Origin: Bacilli bacterium
GTDB lineage: Bacteria > Bacillota_I > Bacilli_A > RF39 > UBA660
Direction: 5' to 3'
DNA length: 64,000 nucleotides
Assembly (NCBI GenBank): GCA_051886655.1
Contig: JBJEYJ010000086.1
Span: forward strand, 38 to 64,037
A program made the translations under genes and the position numbers. Under the pieces are notes generated by a model. It saw only the letters and a list, made by a program, of their open reading frames with translations, did not search any database and had not been told where the DNA came from. Of this stretch, positions 26,949 to 38,537 are shown piece after piece (position 1 is the first letter of the stretch; each line of letters starts with the position of its first letter).

Positions 26949-28382
26949 TTAATGCTCATATTGAATTTGAGTTATTAAATTATTTAAGTTTTTAATTACT
27001 TGTCTAGAACGTACAAATGCCATTACATTTTTATCTTTTACTGTTAAATCTTCAAAACCTGACTCTGTATTAAAAATTTTCTTTAATTGTTGTCCTTTAT
27101 ATTCAACTCTAGAAGAGGCAATTCCTTGAATACTTAATCCAGGAAGCTTATCAGGTGTTGTTGTAGCTAATTCTTCAAAAAATTCATCAATTCTAATTAA
27201 ATCATCTAAATATTGTATAAACAAAACATTTTCTCCTTGATTTAATCCTGTTGTTGCATTTAAAAAATTTTGTGCAGATATTTTTCTTCTTATATAATAA
27301 CTAAATCCATTTTTTCCATTATCTGTATTATGATATAAATTATTATAAAAAATATATTTTTCTAAGTTATTAATTTGATTTACAAAAACTCCTAATTTAC
27401 TAGTTTGAAATGTAGTAGTAACTTTTTTACCTTTATGTAAAGATTGTGCTTTAGCACTAATACCAAAAGTTAAATTTATAATTCCATCTTGAGAATTTAT
27501 AGAAATTTCATAATCTCCTTTTTTTGTTGTTCCATTTATTTGTTGAGTTCCAGTTCCTTCAAAAGAAACTTTCATTTTATCATTTTCAATAGTTCGTAAA
27601 AATTTTTCCAATTCTTGTAGTGCAAATAATGCTCCAACTCCTTCACCTATTCCCCCAAGAATATCAGAAAATAAATAGTGCATAGGATAAATAAAAGAAC
27701 TATAGGAAATTTTTTTCCCTTTATATTCTACAGTTCCATTCAAATCTCCACTTTGTATTTGTTTTTTAATATTTTCTAAATTTTTTACTCTTTGTCTTAA
27801 TGTATTAAATGCACTTAAAGCAGTTTTGTTAATTGCTAATAAATTCAATCCATTTTCAGTTTGAAATAATGTATTTATATTACTAATTATTGAACTATTA
27901 TTTTTGTATTTACTTAAAATATAGTTCATATAATCATCATTATTTTGATTGAATACATTAATTATATCTTTAATATATTCAATATATTTATCTAATATAG
28001 ATATTTTTTGATTTATATCAGATGTCTTATTTAAAATAGAAGCTGTCTTTTGTGATTCCATAATACCTATTCTAATCTTATCTGGTAAAGAAGATGCTAT
28101 TTCTTGTTCTATATTAGATAAAGTATTATTAGAGTTAAGATCTTTCAAAATTCCTAATGCAGAAGCTATTGTTTCACCATCTTTATTTGATATCTGTAAA
28201 AGTTCTGACATGCGTCCTTTTAAAATATTCGCATCTTGTTTATAAATATTGCTGATAGTATCTCAATTCATATCTATCATTCCATTAACATATTTTTTTC
28301 TATAATTTAAATAATTTTCTTTTTTATAATGAATATAAATTTCTTGTGCTAAATTAATATCTTTTTTGGCTATATCTGCCAT
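26949..28382 (-). CDS. tail-associated protein of about 477 aa (track ORF extended at the N-terminus)
   Basis: Track ORF 26949..28211 extends in frame to an ATG near 28382 preceded by AAGGGGGAG, with one TGA in the extension. Confidence 0.5.
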
Positions 28383-28399
28383 ATAAACTCCCCCTTAAT

Positions 28400-28428
28400 A
28401 ACAAAAAAGAGGGAGGCAATAGCCTCCC
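28400..28428 (-). terminator. rho-independent terminator after the major tail gene (GGGAGGCTATTGCCTCCC plus U-tract)
   Basis: Perfect GC-rich hairpin followed by a T-run on the minus strand. Confidence 0.55.
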
Positions 28429-28480
28429 ATTAATATATTTTTAATTAAATATTTCCATTTGTAGTTTTTGTATTAGTAGA

Positions 28481-29407
28481 TTATTCTGCTTCTCCAGAAA
28501 CTTCTGTTGAGTCTGCAGCAGCTTCATCAATATCAAATCCAGCTGGATGTGGCATTACACTCTTATTCATTGTAGAACCAGCTTTAGCATCTTCAATAAC
28601 TTGCATTACACATAAAACTTTTTTAGTTCTATCAAACATTGTGTATCCTGGGAAAGCATCCATTGTAAATGTAAATGTAGATGGATCTCCTGTAGAAGCC
28701 ATTGAGAATGTAAAGTTAGATTGAATTTTTACGTTAGGTAATGTAATTTCAGCAGGCATATCAACACCATCAGATTGTCTTCTAAATAATGTACTTGCTT
28801 CAACATAGTAATATCCAGCAAAGTTAGCTGCATCGATTTGTAATTCAGAAACATTTGCGCTTGATTTTACAACATAGAAATCTACAAATACTGTTTTACC
28901 AGCTGCTGTAGTTCCTCCTGTTAAAGATTTACCATCTTCAGCAACTACTAATGCATCTAATATTTCTCCTGTTATAGAACCATCATCTTCAGTAATTACT
29001 ACAAATACTGGAGCTGTAGCATCTATTTTTTCAGCTTCTTCTAATGCGTCTGTTAAATCAATTTTTCCATCAGCACCAACATATGCTGTAGCTGTTGTAT
29101 GAACATGAACTTGTTGTTCTGCATCTTTAAATAATCCTGCACCAGATAAAATTGCAAATCCAATAGGTGATAATAAAGCATCTTCAACTGTAAATGTTAA
29201 AGTTTTTTCACCTTCCCATGCAATTAATCTTGTATTTCCTTTTCCACCTTGTGCATATACTGTTGTTGCAGCACCTTCAATAGTAGAAGTTTTAGCTGTA
29301 TCTATATAAAGAACTGGTTGACCTTTTTTAAATGTAGTGTTACCAATTTTAGTATCAGCTTTTGCTTTAAAAACAACGTCACATATTTCACGTACACCAA
29401 ATTTCAT
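28481..29407 (-). CDS. major tail protein, 308 aa, with no TGA codons
   Basis: Uninterrupted ORF located upstream of chaperone and TMP, followed by a strong terminator. Composition is typical of siphovirus major tail proteins. TAA stop. Confidence 0.65.
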   Translation of the reverse strand: MKFGVREICDVVFKAKADTKIGNTTFKKGQPVLYIDTAKTSTIEGAATTVYAQGGKGNTRLIAWEGEKTLTFTVEDALLSPIGFAILSGAGLFKDAEQQVHVHTTATAYVGADGKIDLTDALEEAEKIDATAPVFVVITEDDGSITGEILDALVVAEDGKSLTGGTTAAGKTVFVDFYVVKSSANVSELQIDAANFAGYYYVEASTLFRRQSDGVDMPAEITLPNVKIQSNFTFSMASTGDPSTFTFTMDAFPGYTMFDRTKKVLCVMQVIEDAKAGSTMNKSVMPHPAGFDIDEAAADSTEVSGEAE

Positions 29408-29456
29408 TTATGCGTATCCTCCTTTTTAAATTTTATAATTAATAATTATATAAGAT

Positions 29457-30200
29457 TTATGAATGAATATCTTTCATTCAATCGTCTACTTCTTTTAAGT
29501 CCTTTGCTCCTGCTAATTTTGCTTGTAAATAAATATCATAATTCATTTTTAACTCATAGCGCTTGAATTCATCAAATAATTGATAAACTGTATATTGCAA
29601 TAAAGTATTTATATCTTTATGTTCTCCAACTGCTAAAATAGATACATATCTACTTAATATATCTACTTTTTGATTATATTCTGCAGGCTTATCTTCTGCT
29701 AATTTTTGATGTCTTTTTTTTAATTTATCAGCAATTCTTTTAGCTAAGTCACCTTTTGGATTATAATCTAAATTAGATCCTTCACTTAAACAAAACATTG
29801 AATTTAAAATTTGTAAAAATTCATCATAGTTATTTTTATCAATAATAAATATCTCATTTGTTTCAATGTCTGTCAAAGAGATATTATTTATTTTAAAATC
29901 AATTTTATATTTAGGGAATAACATAGTAAGGACCATAAAAACGCATACTTTATTTTTTTGAACAATTGCATTTTGTTCTTTTATTATTGACATTATTATT
30001 TCAAAATTTGATAGATTTTCTAAATTAATTCTGTCCTCTTCATTTAAATTATCTTTTGAAAATCTTAAAAATTCGCATCCAGTATAAAAACTCTCTTCTC
30101 CAATATAAGCAATTTCTTTAATTGTAGGTTGATGAATAATTAATTTTGCTTTTTCAAATGGAATATCATTACCTGATAATAATAATAAATCATTTAACAT
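29457..30200 (-). CDS. neck / tail-completion-like protein, about 247 aa
   Basis: Track ORF 29478..30200 continues through TGA to TAA at about 29457. Position lies between head and tail genes. Confidence 0.45.
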
Positions 30201-30793
30201 TAAATCACCTACTCTTTAGGTTCTATAATATCATCACTACCATGAATTGCTCTATAAGAAAGAGTATAACCAGATAAATTTTCATCTAAAATAATTTGAT
30301 TACAACTTAAAAAATTAAAAGTTCCTATTCCAGATAGTTTACAATTATTTAAAATACCATCTATATAACCAGCAATTTTTAAAGGTCTTAATCTATAATT
30401 ACCTATATCTCAATAATCTGTATTACAAATGATATCAAAATTAACAGTACAATCTCTAAATTGAGGATTTGTTGCATTCATTGTAAAATTATCAAAAGAA
30501 ATTAATAAATAAGATTTAACCTCTTCATGCTCTGGAAAACGAATTTTAGGTTCTAATTTAATATATCCTTCTCTTTTTAATTTTTCAACCGTCATTTCTT
30601 TTATTTTATTTTTATAAATCTCACTTTCCATATTATCAAGACAATCATTTGTATTTATAACTAAAAGTCTTTTTAATATATCACTATGAGGTTGACTACT
30701 TGTAAATAATTTTCTTAAAATAGCTTCAGCATCTTTCTCACATGATAAAAATGATGACTCTATTTGTGGTATCATTACTAAATTACGTTTCAT
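30200..30793 (-). CDS. head-tail joining / tail terminator-like protein, about 197 aa
   Basis: Track ORF 30410..30793 continues through TGA to TAA near 30200 (TAATG overlap with the next gene). AAAGGAG RBS. Confidence 0.45.
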
Positions 30794-30814
30794 CTTTTTC
30801 TCCTTTTATCTCTT

Positions 30815-31780
30815 TTATAAAGATTTTATTATAAGTGATAGTATAATAGGTTCTTCATTTTCTATATTATAAATTAAATCAATATTGCCACTTCTACCTG
30901 TTATAACCTCAAGAGCAACATCAGTCTCAGTTTGACTAATAATTCTTGCTTTATTATTACTTAAACTTCAAGAACCACCTAATTTATTTACTATTGAATA
31001 TTGTTTTATATCATAAGGATAAACAATAGTATCACCAGCAATATGCGGCAATGACGGATCTATTTCTTCTATTTTTGGAATATTATTTTCTTTTTCTTCT
31101 TGTTCTATAGAATTTTGAAAAGTCTCTTGTAAAAATACTGTAATAATTCCATCAGAAGTAAGATTATCTATAGCTACAACCTCTCAAGGTTTATTTTTTA
31201 AAATAATTTTACTAAATCTATGAAAAAAAGCTTCTGTTTCTTCATTTTTAGTAATATATAGTTCTAAATCATAATTCATATCACTTCATGAACCAAAACT
31301 TCTTCTACTATGCCATAACAAAGTATGCGCTCTTGGTCCATGTACATAAACTTTATATTTGTTTTGATTAATTTCAATTTCATAATTACACTTTCTGATT
31401 TCTGCTCTAAAATAAGCATCTTCTTCAAGCATTTGTAAATAAACTAGCCAATAAGTATTTGTTTCTTTTCATTCAAAAATATCTCCTACTTGTAAATTAA
31501 TTTCTTCTTCACCTTTTGAAGTCTTATCTTCTAATTTATCTTTATTCAAACAAATATCTTTATATGGAATTGAAATAATTTTATCTTCATAATCAATTTT
31601 ATTTTTATCTGGATTAATTAAACATCTAAATTCTCTACCATCCTCTAAAATCGCGGTCGCCGCCTGATAAGAATATAGTAAAGCCTTTTTTAAACTTCTT
31701 AACTTATCTGACTGCATTCGACCTTCTTGATTTCCGCCATTATATAAAAGTCTGGCTTTTAAATTATCTAATCCTGACAT
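30815..31780 (-). CDS. structural protein of about 321 aa with several TGA codons
   Basis: Track ORF 31469..31780 continues in frame through five TGA codons to TAA near 30815. The track shows no ORF of 60 aa or more here because of the TGA codons. Confidence 0.5.
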
Positions 31781-31950
31781 TGTTTCATTAAACTATTCAT
31801 TAAACTTAAACATTCAAAAATTGTTCTTCTATATAAGAAAAAATCTTCTTGTTCTGTTAATGTAAATAGTCCTTCTAATTTATTTAATAATGGAAAAAAG
31901 ATTTCTTGTTGGTCGATTAACATTCTATCCATTCCAGCTAATTCTTCCAT
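31768..31950 (-). CDS. small protein of 60 to 68 aa
   Basis: Track ORF. Possible upstream TTG start with a GAAGG RBS. TAG stop. Confidence 0.4.
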   Translation of the reverse strand: MEELAGMDRMLIDQQEIFFPLLNKLEGLFTLTEQEDFFLYRRTIFECLSLMNSLMKQCQD

Positions 31951-32075
31951 AATTGTTGATAATGGAATTTTTCAATCAATTCCTTCTTCTCTATTTGGAA
32001 GTAATTTATATATTTGATTTGTAATCTTTTTTAAATTATTTTTTATTATTTCGTTATCTATCTCTATATTATATT

Positions 32076-32654
32076 TTAATTCCATATCTTATTAGCCCCC
32101 TCATTCTTCATAGGAGCCATAATTATGTCCATTGTAGAAAGCATTCTTCCAGTATCTTTATCTGCCACTCTACGTTTATATAATCTTTGTAAATGAAAAC
32201 CCTCTCTCTCATAATCTTTTTTTATCGTTAATAATTTTTGCATATGATTTGCTTGTGAAGTAAATTTAAAATCAGAACCGCTATATTTCATTCTTGTATT
32301 TTCAACACTAGCTAATTGTTGACCAAGTCATTCTACAACCATGTATGTAGTAATAATATTAATTTCTTCCTGGGTTAATATAATATTAAAATGACCGCCG
32401 CCAAAAATAAATGCTTTTACTTCTTTTTTATCACTTTCTACTCCTGCATAAGTAGTTTCTTCTTCTACATATTCTAATTCATAATTATTGATATCCTGCC
32501 TAGGAAATTCAAATTTAGGTAATGCAGAAATTAATAATTCTTGCAATAATCTAAAAGTATCTAATTCATTTAATTCCATATACATATCATCAGTTATTTT
32601 TGATAAAAAGTTATCATAAATATTAGAGAAAGGTGTAGTATTTATATTATCCAT
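32076..32654 (-). CDS. head-tail connector / head completion-like protein, about 192 aa
   Basis: Track ORFs 32328..32654 and 32076..32291 are joined across TGA at 32328. TAA at 32076. Confidence 0.5.
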
Positions 32655-32674
32655 ATTACACCTCTACTTTCTTT

Positions 32675-33316
32675 TTATTTAATGATTTTATATTTAGAGT
32701 TTGCTGCTGTAGTTACTGGTGTACTACGTCTTCCAGTAGCGTTTTGATCGTTGACAACTGGAGTTGCTCTTCTTACTTTTGTTTCATCAGAAGTATCATT
32801 ATTTTCTGTTTCTTTATTAATTTCTATAGCTTTAGTAACATTAAATCCTGTTTTTTCTAAAATTACTTGACGTTTTGCAACATCATTTAATTCAGTTTTT
32901 ACAGCTAAATCTTTAATTAAATCAATGACTCCTTTTGGAGCAAAGTCTAAAGTATCTTTAAATTGATCTAATGTTCCATTAGATAATAAATACTTTATTT
33001 CTTTTTCACTATATTTATATTCTGGTTCAACAGAACCTAGTAATTCAGCAATAGCTTCATCATTTTCAATCATTAGGCAATCCTCTAAAATAACTTTTCC
33101 GCCAGGTATATATGATAATTTTCTTAATTCTTCCATCGTAACTTCTTTAGTTTCTCCAACACTAAAGTCACGATGTAAATTTCCTAAATCTGGAATAGTA
33201 TAACCAACTCTTCCATTATCTCTATTTCTAACTTTTATTAATGTATCTTTGTCTAACATATTTTTATTCTCCTTTTCTCTCCTTAATATATTTACAAAAA
33301 AATTGGGGAAGAGCAT
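32675..33316 (-). CDS. hypothetical head-associated protein; probable start is at MLDKD... near 33259
   Basis: Track ORF. An internal ATG is preceded by AAAGGAGAA. Confidence 0.5.
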   Translation of the reverse strand: MLFPNFFVNILRREKENKNMLDKDTLIKVRNRDNGRVGYTIPDLGNLHRDFSVGETKEVTMEELRKLSYIPGGKVILEDCLMIENDEAIAELLGSVEPEYKYSEKEIKYLLSNGTLDQFKDTLDFAPKGVIDLIKDLAVKTELNDVAKRQVILEKTGFNVTKAIEINKETENNDTSDETKVRRATPVVNDQNATGRRSTPVTTAANSKYKIIK

Positions 33317-33370
33317 AATTAAAATCCTCTATTCAATTATACTATAATCTTCCCCTATATTTTTAAACTA

Positions 33371-34396
33371 TTATCTAGTTAAAGATGTATTTCTATATAC
33401 ACAGATATTATTTGTAATAATAGCTGCAACACCCATTTTCTTATAAACTTGAACTTCTCTACTTCTGTCATAGTTTTGATATTCATTTACAATTGTAGAA
33501 CCTTCAAATGCAACTCTAACTGGTTTACTAGCTCCTGTAGGGATAATCCATGCATATGCTGGATCGATTACTTTAACTTCATTAGTTTCATCTTCATAAG
33601 ATTGTGGTAATACAATTACATTATGTCCTTTATAATTAGCTAAGTATCCATTATTCCATCTTTGATCTTTCATATCATTGCTTCTCCATCCTTCTTCAGG
33701 AACCATTGTAGCAGCAAATTCGAAAGTACAGTAAATAGTAGATTGACCATAAGAGTCAGCAATACTAATTAGTCTATCCATTTCATTTTCTACGAAACTT
33801 GTTTGAGATGTTTGGTTAGCAGCTGGTAAATTTGTAACAGCTCCTTTTAAAGCTCTTTCAATTTCAATATAAACACATCTGTCTAAACCTTCCATAACGA
33901 TGTCTAAAACATCTGCAAAATCTACTCTTCCATCTAGAAACTCTTCAAAACCAATTTGAGCAGCTCCACCGAAAGCTGATGTTGGTACTTCAAATGTTTT
34001 TCCATCTAATTTAAATACTTCATAAATACCAGCTAATCCAACTTTAGTAATAAATTGTTTAGCACGTCTTTTAGATGCTTCTGTAATTCTTTGTGTAAAT
34101 ACAGGTTTGTCTCCTTGAGCAAAAGTTTTTACTTCAGCAAATTGTCCATATTGTTCCATAACTTTTCTTGGTAATACATCATCAATTGTTTCTTCAATTA
34201 ATGAAAATACTGTATTTTTATTTTCTCTATATAATTGATATGTTCCAGCAATTTCTTTAAGTTCATTTCTTAAAGTTTCATTTAAATCTGAGTAGCTAAA
34301 TTTATCTTCTCCAAAAGAATAAGCAACTTGTGAAGAAGGATTTGCATTTGCTACTGTTTTAGCTAATTTAATTAAATCTGATTTATTTAAACTCAT
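33371..34396 (-). CDS. major capsid protein, 341 aa. All 3 Trp are TGG and there is no TGA.
   Basis: Uninterrupted ORF with AAGGAGG RBS. It follows scaffold and head-protein genes. Size and composition are MCP-like. TAA stop. Confidence 0.65.
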   Translation of the reverse strand: MSLNKSDLIKLAKTVANANPSSQVAYSFGEDKFSYSDLNETLRNELKEIAGTYQLYRENKNTVFSLIEETIDDVLPRKVMEQYGQFAEVKTFAQGDKPVFTQRITEASKRRAKQFITKVGLAGIYEVFKLDGKTFEVPTSAFGGAAQIGFEEFLDGRVDFADVLDIVMEGLDRCVYIEIERALKGAVTNLPAANQTSQTSFVENEMDRLISIADSYGQSTIYCTFEFAATMVPEEGWRSNDMKDQRWNNGYLANYKGHNVIVLPQSYEDETNEVKVIDPAYAWIIPTGASKPVRVAFEGSTIVNEYQNYDRSREVQVYKKMGVAAIITNNICVYRNTSLTR

Positions 34397-34411
34397 TATA
34401 TCCTATCCTCC

Positions 34412-34975
34412 TTACGCAATTCTCATTACCTTTACGGCAGCTTGACCGTCAGCTAATGTATAAATTTTTACTACTTGGAATTTAATTGATCCATCACCAG
34501 TTTTAGATAAATATCCTTTAGCATTTGGAGATAATTCATCTCCTACTGATAAATCTTCTGTTCCTGTTATTTCTGCTTTTCCATCTGTATTTCCAGCTTC
34601 TAAGCAGTTTGTTGTGTAAATGTCTCCTATATTTGTTTTTATAACTCTAGGAACCATTTGACCTTTGAATGGTCCATAACCTTCATGAGTATAGTCAGAA
34701 CCTTTTGTATAATTTTCTTTAATCATGGCGAAATCTTTATATGTTTCTCTCCATCTATCATCATATAATTTTACTTCGTTGAATACCATCATCCATTCGC
34801 CTTTACCTGTAAAATTAACTTCACTATTAGCGTAGTCATATTTTACATATTGACCATTTTCAAGAACTTCAATATCTTCTGCTGCAGGTAATTGAGCATA
34901 AATTTGAGCTGTTCTTTGAGCTGATAAATGATTAGGTTCAACTTGACCAAAACCAATTCTATTAATTGTAGCCAT
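34412..34975 (-). CDS. head protein, 187 aa (decoration or auxiliary capsid protein?)
   Basis: Uninterrupted ORF between the scaffold and MCP genes. Confidence 0.5.
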   Translation of the reverse strand: MATINRIGFGQVEPNHLSAQRTAQIYAQLPAAEDIEVLENGQYVKYDYANSEVNFTGKGEWMMVFNEVKLYDDRWRETYKDFAMIKENYTKGSDYTHEGYGPFKGQMVPRVIKTNIGDIYTTNCLEAGNTDGKAEITGTEDLSVGDELSPNAKGYLSKTGDGSIKFQVVKIYTLADGQAAVKVMRIA

Positions 34976-35001
34976 TATGTATCCTCCTTATTTTTATTAA
35001 A

Positions 35002-36375
35002 TTAATTCTCTCTACTTTTTTGAGTATTTTTTAATGCTGTAACCCATGCTGGCACAGAACTCTCTGTATTTTCAAGAGTATAAGTTGTAACTTCTTTATC
35101 TTCTACTGTATTATTATTTTTTGAAGAATTGTCTAAATCAAAATTAACCTTTTTTCTAACACAAATTATAGATAATTTTGCTTCAATGTCTTCTAATGAA
35201 TAATTAGCTTTATTTGCAATAACATCTGCTTTATCTTCATCTGATAACATATAGAAAGATTTAATTAATTCATCTTTTTGTTTATTTTCAATTTCTTGTT
35301 TAAATTGAACAAGTGCTTCATATTTTTCATTTAATTCAGCATATTGAATTTTTAAACTTTCATTTTCTTCAACTAATAAAGAATATTTTTTAGATTCATC
35401 GTCTTCTTCTTCTTTATCATCATTTTTTTCTTTTTTGTCATCTTCTTCAGAATTATCTTCTGCATGTTTAGTTTTTTCTTTCTTAGAACTTCCTCCTCCA
35501 CATGCATTTTTTGTAACATCTTCTTCTTCATCATCTTCATTTTTAGCAAATGTATCTTGAGCAGATTGAGCCTCTGTAGAATCTTGATTTTCAATTATTG
35601 GAGTTTCATTTGTTAATTCTTCTTCATTATTAACAATTTCTTCTTCAATATTTTCTTTATCATTATCCATATTGTTTTGTCCTCCTTCTAATGCAAATTT
35701 TAATTCTTGCATCATAGTATACAATGTTTTCTTAAAAGTATCATCTACTTTTGTAAATGAAGTACTTATTTCTGGTGCGGTAACACTTGCGCCTTCAAAA
35801 CAAGGCTCAACATCATCACCTAAAATACATAATTTTGAAAATATTGCATCATTTATAATGAAAAAATCCATACCAGTTTTACTATTTGTTGACCAATTTC
35901 CATCTAAAGAATCTTCATCTAATTCCATAGATTGAGGTCTACCTTCTTGTAATGCTAGCTGACATTCTTCATATTGTTTTGTCCATAAATATCCAGTAGT
36001 CATTAAATACTCTCTAGTTACTGTATTTCCAAAATCATCTGTATCTTCAAATTTTTGAAATCAAACTTTTGCGTCAGGAGCTACAAATCCATAAGGTTTA
36101 GTTAAACATTCAAATTTAATTCCTTCATCATCAAAAATAACTCTTTCTCCATGATCTGCAAAGTCTTCTTTTTCCTCTTTATAATACCCAACAATAGGAG
36201 CACCTCTAAGAGTTTTTGCCATATCACTAGCTACTTCTTTTGTTATATAGCTATGATTACGATTTTCTCCAATATATAAAACTTTTATTTCACAACTAGA
36301 CATTAATGGATTAATATCTAATGGTTGTAAGTTAATAAATTCTGGAGAATCAATAGTTGCTATAGATTGATGCAT
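35002..36375 (-). CDS. capsid scaffolding protein, about 457 aa, with a highly acidic coiled-coil C-terminal half
   Basis: Track ORFs 36061..36375 and 35002..36003 are in frame and joined by TGA at 36061. The D/E/K-rich low-complexity region is typical of scaffold proteins. TAA stop. Confidence 0.55.
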
Positions 36376-36451
36376 TGTATAATTCTCCTCTCTCTTAATA
36401 ATTAACTATAATAATATGATTTCTTACTTAATCAAATTATTATTTTTTGTC

Positions 36452-38050
36452 CTAATTTTCACTTTCTTTATTTTGTATTGTTTTTTCTGTAACATCTTTT
36501 CCTTTAGACTCATTAGTAGGTCTTCCGCCTTGACTATCTGAATCACTTGTTTTATTTCTATTAGCTAATACATCTGCATTCATTGTATTAGAAGACATTG
36601 GTGGTATGAATACATTTACCAAGTCTAATATATCATTTTCAAAATATGCATTTGCCAATATTGAACTTTGAGATTGACCCAACGCTATCTGCGGCAACAT
36701 TTTTGAATATCCTAATTGAGTTTGTTCTTTATAAAGTTTAGCCATTTCTTTATAATTATATATTGTAGTAGTTAAAATAGAAATTCTATAATATAATTTT
36801 TTTGGAGATGTATTAAATTTATCATTAATAACATAATTTAAAAAATCTTCAAATTGAAGAAGTAAATTATACATTGCTGCTTCATCATTTAATATAGATT
36901 TTTCTAATGCTATATTTCCATCTGTATTAAATTGCATTTGAGAAACACCAGCTTCATTATATACAGTTCTTTCTACTTTTTCTAATTCGTCTACTGTTGT
37001 TGTAGTGCTATTATCAGCCATGTCCGCAACATCAACATCAGCAAAAGTAGTTAATACATCTATACCAATTGCTTTACCCAACATTCTTACTGCATTATTA
37101 TGTAATTGTTGTGCTTCATCAACATCAAAAACTAAATCTCCATTTTTATCTACTGGCATTTTTTGAATAATAATTTTTAAAAGTTTTTGAGCCATTTTTT
37201 TTCTATCTAATTCTTGAGCTTCATCCAAATCTATTATAGATGGTATAACTGAAATAAAAGCAGGAAAATCCTCTCCATTTATATTAAATTTTATAACGTT
37301 TTTTGTTTCTAATAAGTACCATCCTATTGTATCTCCAGCGAAATCAGGTTTTAATTTATCTTCTTTATAAGCAATGTAACCTTTTCTAAATTCTTCTGGA
37401 AATAATTTTAACATTTTTATTCTTTGAGTTGTATCTCTAAACATTTCATCAAAAAATTTCATATTAAATTCAACTGCAGGACGTCCATTTACACTAAATC
37501 TAGAACGACAATACGCAGCAGGTAATTCTTGAATAGTAATTCTATTATCATTAGGAATAATATATCCATAATAACATCCATTTCTAATAACTTTTAAAGC
37601 TACCTCTCCAAAATATCTTTTTATATCTGAATTATCTAAATAATTTAATACTTTATCAAAAGTACTAAGTATTTTTTCATTTTTTACAGAATCTGAATTT
37701 ATATAAGGTGTAACCATTCAATCATATCTATATAAATATGCCATATAACGGCACAATCTTGAATAAATACCACTAGTTTTATAAAAGAAATTAGAAACAT
37801 CTCTCATAGTATCATAATCAGAATTATTAATCGCTCTTAATACTTCTTTTTTATCTCCTAATCTAGAATTGATTTTTTTATAATTACTTAAATCAACAAC
37901 AGCATCATCTAAAGTTTTTACTCCAACTTTAATTTTTGAAAAATCAATTTGATTAAAAGGAATATTATTATTAAAATTATTTCCGGTGTCATTAATAGTT
38001 TCCATTGAAAACCCTTTTTTCTTAATTTCTTGCATTCTTCTATTAATCAA
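36452..38050 (-). CDS. portal protein, about 532 aa
   Basis: Track ORFs 37718..38050 and 36452..37717 abut at an in-frame TGA. Position is between terminase and scaffold. Size is portal-like. TAG stop. Confidence 0.6.
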
Positions 38051-38088
38051 AGATAGACACCTTACCTTTCTTCTCTATTTTTTGTATA

Positions 38089-38457
38089 TTAAAAACCTCC
38101 TGCCGCATAATAAGCATTCATTATATAATCATAATTGATTCTTCCTTCATCCGTATATGGAATTGCAATTAAAATAATATTATGTTTTCTACAATAATCT
38201 CTTTTTTGCATATCATTATACTGTTGTTTTCTTAATCCAGAAAAACCACCAAACTTACTTTTAGGTTGATAATGTTGAATACCTTGATATTCAATTAAAA
38301 AATCTAAATCATTATTATCATCGAATACAGCAAAATCAAATCTTAAAGGTCTACCATTCGAACTAATCAAATCAGGAAATGAATATTCTTCTATAAAATT
38401 TAAGTTTGCTTCTTTTAAAATTTCTTCTATTTTTATTTCACCACGACTAGCTCTCAT
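38089..38457 (-). CDS. PD-(D/E)xK-type endonuclease, 122 aa (free-standing homing-endonuclease-like insertion between terminase and portal)
   Basis: D...(D/E)xK-like motif FDFAV...DFLIEYQG. A small gene in the classic homing-endonuclease location. Confidence 0.45.
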   Translation of the reverse strand: MRASRGEIKIEEILKEANLNFIEEYSFPDLISSNGRPLRFDFAVFDDNNDLDFLIEYQGIQHYQPKSKFGGFSGLRKQQYNDMQKRDYCRKHNIILIAIPYTDEGRINYDYIMNAYYAAGGF

Positions 38458-38537
38458 AAAACCTCCTTTTAATATACTTTTTGAAATCTATAATTATTTT
38501 ATTTTTTATGTATAAAAATATTCCAAAATTGTCCATT

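Noticed and set aside
31380-31410. An apparent in-frame TAG at about 31406 that would have split gene 30815..31780
   Set aside because: It was an artefact of my mis-registering a sequence line by one base. Re-reading confirms an open frame. A reminder that hand-derived coordinates here are approximate.
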